64,000 nucleotides of DNA from positions 248,001-312,000 of the IMG/VR virus record IMGVR_UViG_3300042482_000702. The stretch is one strand, 5' to 3'. Of the stretch, positions 30,744 through 39,782 are shown piece after piece. Numbering within the stretch: position 1 is the first letter of the stretch; each line of letters opens with the position of its first letter. Position numbers and translations under genes: made by a program. The notes under the pieces are model-generated. The model made no database searches. It had not been told where the DNA came from and saw only the letters and a list, made by a program, of their open reading frames with translations.

Positions 30744-32855
30744 ATGGCAATAGGAGCAAGAATATTAAGTAACAATTTAAGTGGTGAAACCGTAGATGTT
30801 ACTTTTTTACCATTTACAGGTGGAACAATTGATTTGGGAGAACAAACAATCCCATTTAATAACTTAACACCATACCCTTACGGTACGTATGAAGTGTATG
30901 TACCATTATATGACCAGACATATGAGGTGGTAATAAATCAAGGAGCTAGTGGTCAAACATTTAGTTTTGTGTCTAAATTAACCGGAAGCAATAATCACGG
31001 AGCGGTAACATTAAACTTTACTGATTTAACTGCTCAAATTATTGATTTAAATGTTGATTACACCGGATGGTACATTAATGATATATACCCAATTACAGAT
31101 TATGGTTATGGATACTTTTTTCAAAATGATAGTACTTGTAATTTACAATGGGTTATTTTTGCAGATGTATTAGGTAATATAATGGAAAGTTTCCAAACAA
31201 ATTGTGATTGTGATTACGGTTATGACGATTTAGGTGGAAAATGGATATATTTTAATGACCATTTTAACGGTATATTAAAATATTTTAATGGTAAAGATGT
31301 CTATACATTAACTGCCGACACATCAAGTGAATATATTAATGTTAATGATTCTTGGGACGGTGTTATGTCAAATGATAACTTTAGTATAACTATTTATAAT
31401 ACAATTAGTGGTACCGCAGTTAGTTATATTGTTAACGGTTCAACTTTAATACCATTTAATGAATTTAATAGTTCAGGATATAACCAAAATATTATCACCT
31501 ATTTTAGTGGTAGTTGGATAGCTGAAACGATTTACTCCGCTGGTCCTCCTATTCCTGAATCGATTTACGCCGTTGGTTCTGATAATTATGAAACATTAAA
31601 GTTTTATGATGGAACCGACGGAACTTTATTACAAACATTAAACCTAACAGGGGATACTTACACAGATTACGATATAAGCCCTTACGGTGATAATAAAATA
31701 GGTGGTTTATTCTATAAGGATGGTGACCCATTAGTTGATTATCTTATCTTCCAATATGACGGTAACACCGATACATTAATCACAACAACACACGCATACG
31801 CAAATTATGATTATAGAAATATATCCTCAAGAGATAATTTTTTCCCAAATCCTGGAGGTTCAGAAGCTTTGGTAATAAAACTTCAAAATACGGCGAGTTA
31901 TAACAATATTGGAGAGGTTGTTAATTACTGTGATTTAATTTATATGTTAAGTGGTGATACTGATTTTACCACATATGTCTTCCAAGATAGTGGGACTGGA
32001 GATAAATCAATACGTAATTCGATGCGTGTAAGTGATATAGTTAATGGAATTTGTGATAATGGTGATGGATATGTTTCTTCATTAGTTATTAATTCAAGTG
32101 GTGTTACAATCACTTCAAGTGGGATTTTAACATCTGATAATGGTGGAAATGAAGTTTATGATGTTGGCAACGGAGTTGTTAATTTATTTTACACAGATAA
32201 TAATTCAACAGGTTGTACCCTTACATACATTAACGGAGAAGGTGTTGTGAGTGATACAATCTCAGGAATTACATTTGGAATAGGAGGAGCATTTGATGCT
32301 AATAATACCGGAGGATTATTTCAGTTTAGTAATTCTTTAGGTGATGATTATTATATTACCGAAATGTCTGACTTATTTCAAACAGGTAATACTTTAGTTA
32401 ATTCAGGGACAACCCAAGTTTATTACGTTCAAGGCAAATTCAGACCAGATTTTTTACTTCCTAGTTTACTATTGTCTGTTGATTATGTTACTAAAGAATA
32501 TAATATATTATCATCAACAGGTTATACACAACACTTTGATTTATATGAGATTGGTGAATATGGTAGTTCATTTAATATTGCTGTTGGAGATGATAAATTT
32601 ATGTATACATTTTTCGATTTAAGTGGTAATACAAATATTAGTCTATATGATTTTAATGGTAACCGATTAAATCGTCTTGTAACATCACATACAACTTTTA
32701 ATATTCCACGAGCTTGTGGAAATAGTTTTGTACAAAGAATTAATGAGAATGGTAATTACTACATATATTTGGTAAGTGAAACCGAAATATCACCATCAAT
32801 ACTTACAGATGATAATAATTATTATACATTTAACGACTATATTTGGTGGGACTAA
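30744..32855 (+). CDS. Beta-rich virion protein
   Basis: 703 aa, rich in Y/N/D/G/T; N-terminal domain shared with 311..985. Confidence 0.65.
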   Translation: MAIGARILSNNLSGETVDVTFLPFTGGTIDLGEQTIPFNNLTPYPYGTYEVYVPLYDQTYEVVINQGASGQTFSFVSKLTGSNNHGAVTLNFTDLTAQIIDLNVDYTGWYINDIYPITDYGYGYFFQNDSTCNLQWVIFADVLGNIMESFQTNCDCDYGYDDLGGKWIYFNDHFNGILKYFNGKDVYTLTADTSSEYINVNDSWDGVMSNDNFSITIYNTISGTAVSYIVNGSTLIPFNEFNSSGYNQNIITYFSGSWIAETIYSAGPPIPESIYAVGSDNYETLKFYDGTDGTLLQTLNLTGDTYTDYDISPYGDNKIGGLFYKDGDPLVDYLIFQYDGNTDTLITTTHAYANYDYRNISSRDNFFPNPGGSEALVIKLQNTASYNNIGEVVNYCDLIYMLSGDTDFTTYVFQDSGTGDKSIRNSMRVSDIVNGICDNGDGYVSSLVINSSGVTITSSGILTSDNGGNEVYDVGNGVVNLFYTDNNSTGCTLTYINGEGVVSDTISGITFGIGGAFDANNTGGLFQFSNSLGDDYYITEMSDLFQTGNTLVNSGTTQVYYVQGKFRPDFLLPSLLLSVDYVTKEYNILSSTGYTQHFDLYEIGEYGSSFNIAVGDDKFMYTFFDLSGNTNISLYDFNGNRLNRLVTSHTTFNIPRACGNSFVQRINENGNYYIYLVSETEISPSILTDDNNYYTFNDYIWWD

Positions 32856-32884
32856 TAAAAAAAATTAAATAAAAAATTATAAAT

Positions 32885-33130
32885 ATGAAAAAACCAGTAA
32901 GAATTACAATAGATAAAGAATCACCAAAAGGTGAACTTACATCATACTTAACTCAGTTTGATGTAACTGAAACTACAACAGTTTTAGAACTTAAAACAAC
33001 AATAAAAGACTCAATTAAATTTCCATATGAACTTGTTAAAGAAACATTATGGGGTAGTTCTACTGAGTTAAAAGATGTTGATTTAATCCCAAAAAACGGA
33101 AGACTTGAATACAACCTTTTAATTAAATAA
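32885..33130 (+). CDS. Small protein, possible ubiquitin-like beta-grasp fold
   Basis: FDVTETTTVLELKTTI and ELKDVDLI resemble ubiquitin-fold patterns. Confidence 0.45.
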   Translation: MKKPVRITIDKESPKGELTSYLTQFDVTETTTVLELKTTIKDSIKFPYELVKETLWGSSTELKDVDLIPKNGRLEYNLLIK

Positions 33131-33189
33131 TAAGAAACCCCTCTTAAACGGAGGGGTTTTTTTATGAAACCTTGTTATTTGTTTATTTT

Positions 33190-34026
33190 TTAAAATTTAG
33201 TTCCACAAGAAGAACAAAATTTATCAGAATCTTTTTTTCTTTTTTTACCACAATTACCACAATAAACTTTTAAATCTTTATTGTTGTATTGTTTTTGTGA
33301 TTCAGGTAATATCTTCCATATAGAAGTAGAACATGCGTAGTGATTAAACGATTTATTCACCGTTTGGAATGATTGGTCACTTTTACCACCTTTCTCAACT
33401 CTACCGGTCTCTAATGAATCCATAGTAACCTCTTTTTTACCACTAATATTGATATTTCCTGATGAGGTATTAAACATAGCTGAACTAATTCCCGCAGTTA
33501 ATGTACTGTATGATGCCGTTCCGGTTGTTGAACCCGCAAATCCATTAGTTGTAAATGTAATTCCTCCAGTATTTGTTGTGTGGGTAGGTGGTTGAAATGA
33601 CCCACCCGTGTTTGTAGAATAAGTTGGTCCACCAAATGAACCCCCATAACTAATATTGTTTGTCCACACCGGTTGTTTATACTCATCAAAGAAGTCAATA
33701 ACAACATCCCCATTTCCGGAGATGGCATCCAACACCTCATTTGATGTTCCGTCAACCTCATAAGTTTCAAACTTGAATTTACGAGCATCGTCAAGATATC
33801 TCTCAAGGAAAATTCGTTGTCCCGGTTTAAGAACAATTCCTCCTCCGGAGATATAATTTCCGTCAAGTTTAATTTTAGATAATACTGTGTTAGTGGAGGG
33901 GTTAAATAATTCTAGTTGGAATTCATCCCCATTTTTAAGATAGACATTTTGTCCAACTTGTTTAAGACGTTTTTTGTCTTTTGTGATATACGCACAAGGC
34001 GTACCTGTTTTTGTTTGGTAATACAT
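33190..34026 (-). CDS. Hypothetical protein with C-terminal zinc ribbon
   Basis: YCGNCG...FCSSCG. Confidence 0.75.
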   Translation of the reverse strand: MYYQTKTGTPCAYITKDKKRLKQVGQNVYLKNGDEFQLELFNPSTNTVLSKIKLDGNYISGGGIVLKPGQRIFLERYLDDARKFKFETYEVDGTSNEVLDAISGNGDVVIDFFDEYKQPVWTNNISYGGSFGGPTYSTNTGGSFQPPTHTTNTGGITFTTNGFAGSTTGTASYSTLTAGISSAMFNTSSGNINISGKKEVTMDSLETGRVEKGGKSDQSFQTVNKSFNHYACSTSIWKILPESQKQYNNKDLKVYCGNCGKKRKKDSDKFCSSCGTKF

Positions 34027-34308
34027 AATTTCCTTATTTTATTTTTTATGTTTATTGAACTTCTCTTCGTTGGTATCAATTCCAACTCAAATGCCACTTT
34101 GGACACGAGAACCTCAGCAACAAGGTTTCATTTATAAATATAAGGATGTTTTGTTTTATTGTAAATAAAAAACCCCCAAGTTTCCTCGGAGGTTCTATGT
34201 AGGAGTTCTCGGGTATCTACACTGATTAACGACAATCAGACCATCGTTCGCGACCTGTAAGAGTCCAACGACTGATATTATACTATACTTACACTCAAAT
34301 ATCTATTG

Positions 34309-34381
34309 TGGTCCCGGAGAATTACGATATCCCGACTTCTACATTATGAGTGTAGCACTCTAACCTCTGAGTTACGAGACC
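34309..34381 (-). tRNA. tRNA CAT (Ile2 or Met)
   Basis: Cloverleaf; loop CTCATAA; T-loop ATCGTAA. Confidence 0.8.
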
Positions 34382-34421
34382 AATTATGGGTTTTTAATGA
34401 ACCCATAAAACATATGTCAAT

Positions 34422-34655
34422 TTATTGGTGGTGCTTAATGTACCTCCCAAATTTATCAACCCTCACAGAGAGTTTCTCCAATCTAAAGTTCCAATTATCG
34501 AACTTTCCTAAGCCAGATTTTACTCTCGCCTGTTTAACCGCAGATACTTCTGCCTTCTCACGTCCTTCTTCCGTAGTTTCTACGAAAAAAGTGGGAGCCT
34601 GAACACCAGTCTTACTGGTAGGGACTACTCTCCAAATTCTCAATTTCTGAGTCAT
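34422..34655 (-). CDS. Small hypothetical protein in tRNA array
   Basis: ORF track. Confidence 0.55.
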   Translation of the reverse strand: MTQKLRIWRVVPTSKTGVQAPTFFVETTEEGREKAEVSAVKQARVKSGLGKFDNWNFRLEKLSVRVDKFGRYIKHHQ

Positions 34656-34830
34656 AAATTTTAGCTAATAGCTAAAACTATGTGGAGTTGGGTTGGTTGT
34701 TTTTCATATTAATTAGTTTAATTTTTTAAATAAAATGATGTTTAAATCTCCAAGTAAAAAAAAATACTGTTATTAGTAGTATTATCTTTATTACCTTAAT
34801 AATCTTTTTTCCCATATTGATAATATTTTG

Positions 34831-34915
34831 TATCCGGAGAGGGACTTGAACCCTCAATCTCCTTTCGGAAAACTAGATTTTAAGTCTAGCGTGTATACCA
34901 TTTCACCACCCAGAT
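34831..34915 (-). tRNA. tRNA-Leu(TAA)
   Basis: Loop CTTAAAA; long variable arm with GAAA. Confidence 0.9.
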
Positions 34916-35135
34916 GTGTTCCCCCAATGAGATTAGTTTGGGGTAGAATTTTTTCGGTTTTTCTATTCAAAAGTCGAGACGGTCTTACCCGCACATAAAA
35001 GTCAACTATTACTTGGAGGTGAGTTAGTATGCTCCCTTTTTTCCAAAGACCTCATCTATCAAACCGTTTGAGGCGTCAGCTACATCTTTGTTTAAGAAAC
35101 GATGCCAAATCTCTTGAGTATCTCTATCTCAATTG

Positions 35136-35216
35136 AGCTTCCGGTTGGATTCGAACCAACGTGCCATTCGGTCCTACTTACAAAATAGGTGCAATCAACC
35201 ACTATGCGACGGAAGC
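35136..35216 (-). tRNA. tRNA-Thr(TGT) with enlarged variable region
   Basis: Loop TTTGTAA; 12-nt variable region. Confidence 0.85.
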
Positions 35217-35426
35217 CTGTTGCAGAGTATTTTTTTTAAGTAGAAGTCAACTCTGTCTCTTAAACTACTAAAAGAAACTGTCCAAGGTCTATCCTGCTTT
35301 CGCTGTCCAGATTTTTCTCTGTTTCTTAAAACATCATCACTTCGGCCACATTGGGAGAACCGCAGTTCCCACGTTGTTTAAGGAGGTAGTTGGCGGTGTA
35401 TCACACCGAGTTATGATAATGTATTG

Positions 35427-35500
35427 TACCCCCAGTGAGAGTCGAACTCACAAAACTCTTCATCCTAAGTGAAGCGACTTTCCCGTTTGTCCACAGGGGT
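35427..35500 (-). tRNA. tRNA-Leu(TAG) with short variable loop
   Basis: Loop CTTAGGA; variable region AGTTTT. Confidence 0.85.
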
Positions 35501-35562
35501 AAATTGATGGGACTTTAACCCATCTGTTGACTATAACAAAAACATAAAGAAAGAAAAATTAG

Positions 35563-35684
35563 TAGTGTAGATAGGAATCGAACCTACCTCGATGAATTAC
35601 TTGTAATATGCACCAACTCTTCTCTCCAATCCTAGTATTAAGGAGTGTTACCTACAAATTACCATCACTCAACCCTTTTACACC
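35563..35684 (-). ncRNA. tRNA-like RNA: acceptor and T-arm, no D-stem, long irregular helix in place of the anticodon arm
   Basis: GGTGTA/TACACT; GTAGG-TTCGATT-CCTAT; GATG GTAATTTGTA ... TACAAGTAATT CATC. Confidence 0.6.
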
Positions 35685-35689
35685 ATTTG

Positions 35690-35761
35690 TGACTCCACAG
35701 GGATTCGAACCCCGATAATTTCCTTAGAAGAGAAATGTCCTATCCGTTGAACGATGGAGCC
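35690..35761 (-). tRNA. tRNA-Arg(TCT)
   Basis: Loop CTTCTAA. Confidence 0.9.
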
Positions 35762-35766
35762 AATTT

Positions 35767-35984
35767 ATTCTGTTACCGACATAGATTGGTAATTAAGTGT
35801 GAAAGCCCAAACCCTTTCACTCCCGTATTATCATCCTGCCACATTCTTGACGAATGCCGACGTTTTCACTTAACCTTCCGTTAGACATGCGAATCTATGT
35901 TTTCTGTATGTGGTGAGTAACTTCCTTCCCCACTTGTGTTTCCGAGATATCGAGGGCACCATACTGTCTAACGTCAAACAGAAT
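35767..35984 (-). ncRNA. Candidate ~220-nt pseudoknotted ncRNA
   Basis: Terminal 8-bp stem plus two crossing 9-bp helices. Confidence 0.55.
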
Positions 35985-36194
35985 ATAATTTTTAAAATAG
36001 TTTGACCAAATTTTTCACCATTGCGGTCTTAAGGAGCTATGACTTCATCTCCATGTCCGTTATGGGTAATTACTCCCAGATGGATGACCGGTGCGCCGTT
36101 GTCTTTCATCATACTTTTCACCAACCTATGTGTTAAAGGGTTCCGGCAGTGTCCCCGAAGGTTACTTCATATAATTACTTTTTCACTATTTTTG

Positions 36195-36266
36195 AGCGAA
36201 TGGAGGGAATCGAACCCTCATCCCTTGATTGGAAGTCAAGAGTAATGACCATTATACGACATTCGC
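36195..36266 (-). tRNA. tRNA-Gly(TCC)
   Basis: Loop CTTCCAA; U73. Confidence 0.92.
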
Positions 36267-36399
36267 AGTTTAGATGAACTTCGGACTTGTGTACCGAAAT
36301 GAGACCCAATAATTAAATCACTAACCCCGGGTGTGGTCTATTCATCTATTTTTTTAAGCTTATACCTTTAAAATAAATTTTAATTTTAAGCTTATAAGC

Positions 36400-36573
36400 T
36401 TAAACTTTCGTTTTAAGGTTGTTAATCTCCTTCTCGATTCTTTTCTTATCAGAATCAGTTAAAGGAATCTTGGTATTCATAGTACCCTTTTCGGTTTTTA
36501 CACCATTTTTTAATTGTTTCTCCAACACTTCAAGAACTCTTTGTTGTCTTGACCTTTTCGCTGCTGTTGCCAT
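36400..36573 (-). CDS. Small basic protein (57 aa, not in ORF track)
   Basis: MATAAKRSRQQRVLEVLEKQLK...INNLKTKV. Confidence 0.55.
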   Translation of the reverse strand: MATAAKRSRQQRVLEVLEKQLKNGVKTEKGTMNTKIPLTDSDKKRIEKEINNLKTKV

Positions 36574-36595
36574 ACGGATTTAGTTATTAAATTAG

Positions 36596-36668
36596 TAGCG
36601 TAGGGCAGGTAACGCTCCTGCTTTGGTCGGCTTATGAGACCGATGAGATACTATACCTCCCCCTCGCG
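36596..36668 (-). tRNA. tRNA-Met(CAT), initiator-like
   Basis: C1 mismatched with position 72; loop CTCATAA; T-loop AGCGTTA. Confidence 0.7.
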
Positions 36669-36683
36669 ATGTATTATTTTTTG

Positions 36684-36755
36684 CGGTCTATGAGAGAATC
36701 GAACTCTCATCTCTACCGTGACAGGGTAGCATCCTAGCCGTTGAACGAATAGACC
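36684..36755 (-). tRNA. tRNA-Asp(GTC)
   Basis: Loop CTGTCAC; G73. Confidence 0.92.
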
Positions 36756-36896
36756 AAAATTTTCAATCCAAAGGTGACAAACCTATAACAATTGAAAGAG
36801 AAAGAACCGTGTTTCCCGGGTAGTGACTTCCCGTATTCTGTCTTCCTGTTTTGTTTTACAAAGATAGTTATTAAATCTTTAATAACCAATTTTTTT

Positions 36897-37502
36897 TTAC
36901 ACCATTTTATTAAGTGTTGGTAAATACCATTTAAATCTCACCGCCATTACTCTAACTGATATAATCACTAATGAAGTGGTTAAATATAACACATCTGAGT
37001 TTAGGTTAAATTTCCTAAGTATGAAGAACACAATCCCCCCTAATATACAAATGGTAGCATATATTTCTTTTTTAAAGATAACCGGTATTTCAGCACATAG
37101 AATATCTCTAATCACACCACCAAAACAAGCGGTCATTGTACCTAATGCGATACATATAATGGGATGTAGACCAATGTTTATTCCTTTTTCTAACCCAATC
37201 AATGTGAATACCCCTAAACCGATTGTATCAAATATAAAAAGATATATTTTAAATTTCTCTATTAGTTGTTTGAATAATAATGTTACTATAAACCCTGTTA
37301 TTATTACATAGATATAATCTATGTTGAGCATCCATCCCACCGGTGTTCTTCCAATCATTACATCTCTCAGTGTTCCTCCACCTAATGCGGTTACGAATGT
37401 AATTATAAACACACCAAATAAATCCATTTTTTTATCTATGGATACTAAAGCTCCGGATATGGCAAATGCCAGTGTTCCTATTAGGTCTAATAAATTAAAC
37501 AT
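36897..37502 (-). CDS. TRIC/UPF0126 (YadS-like) membrane protein
   Basis: Duplicated GTLAFAISGA...GGGTLRD and GLGVF...FGGVIRD repeats. Confidence 0.9.
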   Translation of the reverse strand: MFNLLDLIGTLAFAISGALVSIDKKMDLFGVFIITFVTALGGGTLRDVMIGRTPVGWMLNIDYIYVIITGFIVTLLFKQLIEKFKIYLFIFDTIGLGVFTLIGLEKGINIGLHPIICIALGTMTACFGGVIRDILCAEIPVIFKKEIYATICILGGIVFFILRKFNLNSDVLYLTTSLVIISVRVMAVRFKWYLPTLNKMV

Positions 37503-37549
37503 TAATCATTTATTTTAAATTAATTGGTCTTAACAATAGACCTTTTTTG

Positions 37550-37621
37550 TGGAGCTACACGGTAACGCTCCGTGTTCTATGATTTGCAAAACCATTGTAA
37601 TTGCTTTTATACGACAGCCCC
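37550..37621 (-). tRNA. tRNA-Ala(TGC)
   Basis: G3-U70; loop TTTGCAA; T-loop AGCGTTA. Confidence 0.85.
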
Positions 37622-37682
37622 AATTTTGGATAGATGAGGTTCTATCCGGACCAGTACCTTCTCCCTTGGGAGATGTCAGTTG

Positions 37683-37754
37683 TAGCCCCACCGGGAGTCG
37701 AACCCGACTTTTATGGATGAAAACCATATGTCCTAACCGATAGACGATAGGGCC
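37683..37754 (-). tRNA. tRNA-Glu(TTC)
   Basis: Loop TTTTCAT. Confidence 0.9.
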
Positions 37755-38108
37755 GTTTTGTATTACCAATATGTCAATTAACTTGTTTGTTTTTGATGGT
37801 ACAAAGATAATGCTTTATTTCATTCCACCAAACTTATTCTTCAATAATATTATTCAGAACCAAATCTAATGCGTGGTCTTCATCCCACTCTGATTCATCA
37901 ACAACATTTTTTAATCCGTAGGTTACTCCCAATATCGGTGAGTAATCCATAACCAATTCTTCTCTAATCATACCTGTTATTATTTTTTAGTTATTTTATC
38001 CACATATTTTTTACCTACGGCTACTAATAAAATAAAACATATCAATAATCCACTAATAATAACCACCAATTGTTCTCCTGTATATTCTTCCATATCTTTA
38101 ATTTGTTT

Positions 38109-38339
38109 TTACCAAGTATTGGTGTTATAAATACAAAACTCTGAACCCACTTGGGCGTTTCTCCAATCATTCGGATATAGATAAAATAATTTATCATCAC
38201 CGGTACATTCATTTCTAATTACAACAGAATAATCTCGTACTCTATTACTAACCACTAAACCACAATTACAACTCACATACTCATTAATAGAACAAGATAA
38301 GAATAGTGGGATAACTATAATTAAAATTAATTTTTTCAT
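38109..38339 (-). CDS. Small lipoprotein-like protein (start MKKLIL)
   Basis: Signal peptide ending FLSC; promoter at about 38357. Confidence 0.6.
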   Translation of the reverse strand: MKKLILIIVIPLFLSCSINEYVSCNCGLVVSNRVRDYSVVIRNECTGDDKLFYLYPNDWRNAQVGSEFCIYNTNTW

Positions 38340-38395
38340 AACCCTTTTATTTTTGACAAAGATACAACTTAATTTCATTCTACCAAATATAAATC

Positions 38396-38532
38396 AAAAA
38401 AAAAATCCACCTTTTTTTGAAGATGGATTTTTAAATATTTTTTTACTTAAATATATATCATACCATCGTCTTCCAAGTTGTATCTCTACCCTCAGTTCCC
38501 GCTATCGTAAGTAATATGTTTAAAGTTTGCAT
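38396..38532 (-). promoter_or_regulatory. Leader peptide (38458..38532) plus terminator: putative attenuator
   Basis: 24-aa ORF MQTLNILLTIAGTEGRDTTWKTMV; GAAGA/GATGG in the ORF can pair with the terminator arm CCATCTTC. Confidence 0.5.
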
Positions 38533-38662
38533 TTTTTGTGTTATTGTAATTTCTAATAAATATACGACATTTTGTGAAAGTGTCAAGTGGTTTTAAAATT
38601 ATTTTTTAAACTTAATCATAATTTAAGATATTTATAGTAAATAAACTTTTAAAAATTCAATT

Positions 38663-38833
38663 ATGAATAAAGAACAAATTTTTGGTGTTATTCGCCACGT
38701 ATTCACTGCCATTGGTGGTATTGTCATTGCACAAGGTTACATATCTGATAGTATGTACACTGAATTATCCGGAGCGATATTAACATTAACTGGTGTAATT
38801 TGGTCAATTGTTGCTAAAAAATCTACAGTATAA
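38663..38833 (+). CDS. Small two-TM putative holin (56 aa, not in ORF track)
   Basis: MNKEQIFGVIRHVFTAIGG...GVIWSIVAKK; TATTTATA upstream. Confidence 0.65.
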   Translation: MNKEQIFGVIRHVFTAIGGIVIAQGYISDSMYTELSGAILTLTGVIWSIVAKKSTV

Positions 38834-39597
38834 TAAACAGAAAAAGGTTAGAGAAATCTAACCTTTTTTTATGCCTTTAAGTTAAATAAAAAAAAGCTTA
38901 ACAACCCCGCCCTCGGGTCGTAGCGGGCAACTTGAGAATTACTTCTCGTGGGAATTCCGGAATTGGTTGTGTTCCTCACCGGCGTACCAGTCCTTATCTA
39001 TCCTTTAACCGTATTTCTACGGTGCTACTGTTGGGAGGTCACCCCTATCAACACACCTAGTCCATTAGTTTTTTAGAGTATGGACACCCCGGTTGTTAAA
39101 CTTTTTAATTTAATATTCTCTTACATAACGGCGATTATCGCCGGTATTAACCTAATTGGTAAATAAAAAAACAGACAATGGGGATTCTCCGATATTTCAG
39201 TCTTAGGGGACTAGACGGGCATCATACCCGTGTTTACCCTCGGCGGTCTCTTGGTTTGGTTGATTACTCCAAACCTCACCCCTACACTACCACTGACGTA
39301 AGTTATAGGTCTGTTTTTAATTCTTTGTAAAACAACAGACGGCTTTGAAGTACATCCACACCAACAATTATGACCGACTTCACCTTATGTGGAAGTTTAG
39401 TTTTACAATATCTATCAAGATTTACCCCAGTCTTTAGGTCGCTATTAATACCTTTAACCCATACTCTCGGAACACTATGGAGATGGAATCAAACCATCTA
39501 ATAACCCGTCGGTTATAGCGTCAGCCTTATATTTCCTATCTTTTGGAGATAACTTTCGTCTGTCACCTTATTCAACCTTATATGAATAAATCTTTTG

Positions 39598-39704
39598 CCC
39601 TTCCAGTGGGAATCGAACCCACATACTCTTAATACATTCTTGGAATGGTTACCGGAGGGAGATGTATTCGTCTCTGTGTTTTGCTCTTTTTAAACTACAG
39701 AAGG
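39598..39704 (-). ncRNA. tRNA-like RNA with an expanded anticodon arm
   Basis: Acceptor CCTTCTG/TGGAAGG; D- and T-arms present; about 55-nt central region with AATACAT/ATGTATT helix. Confidence 0.55.
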
Positions 39705-39710
39705 ATTTTG

Positions 39711-39781
39711 CACGTTTGATAGGTCTCGAACCCATACAAATTCTTTTGGAGAGAATTATGCTACCATTACATCACAAACGT
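39711..39781 (-). tRNA. tRNA-Trp(CCA)
   Basis: Loop CTCCAAA. Confidence 0.9.
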
Positions 39782-39782
39782 A

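Noticed and set aside
37530-37769. ORFs over tRNA regions (also 34306, 36039, 43424, 45356, 45641)
   Set aside because: They overlap clear tRNA cloverleaves
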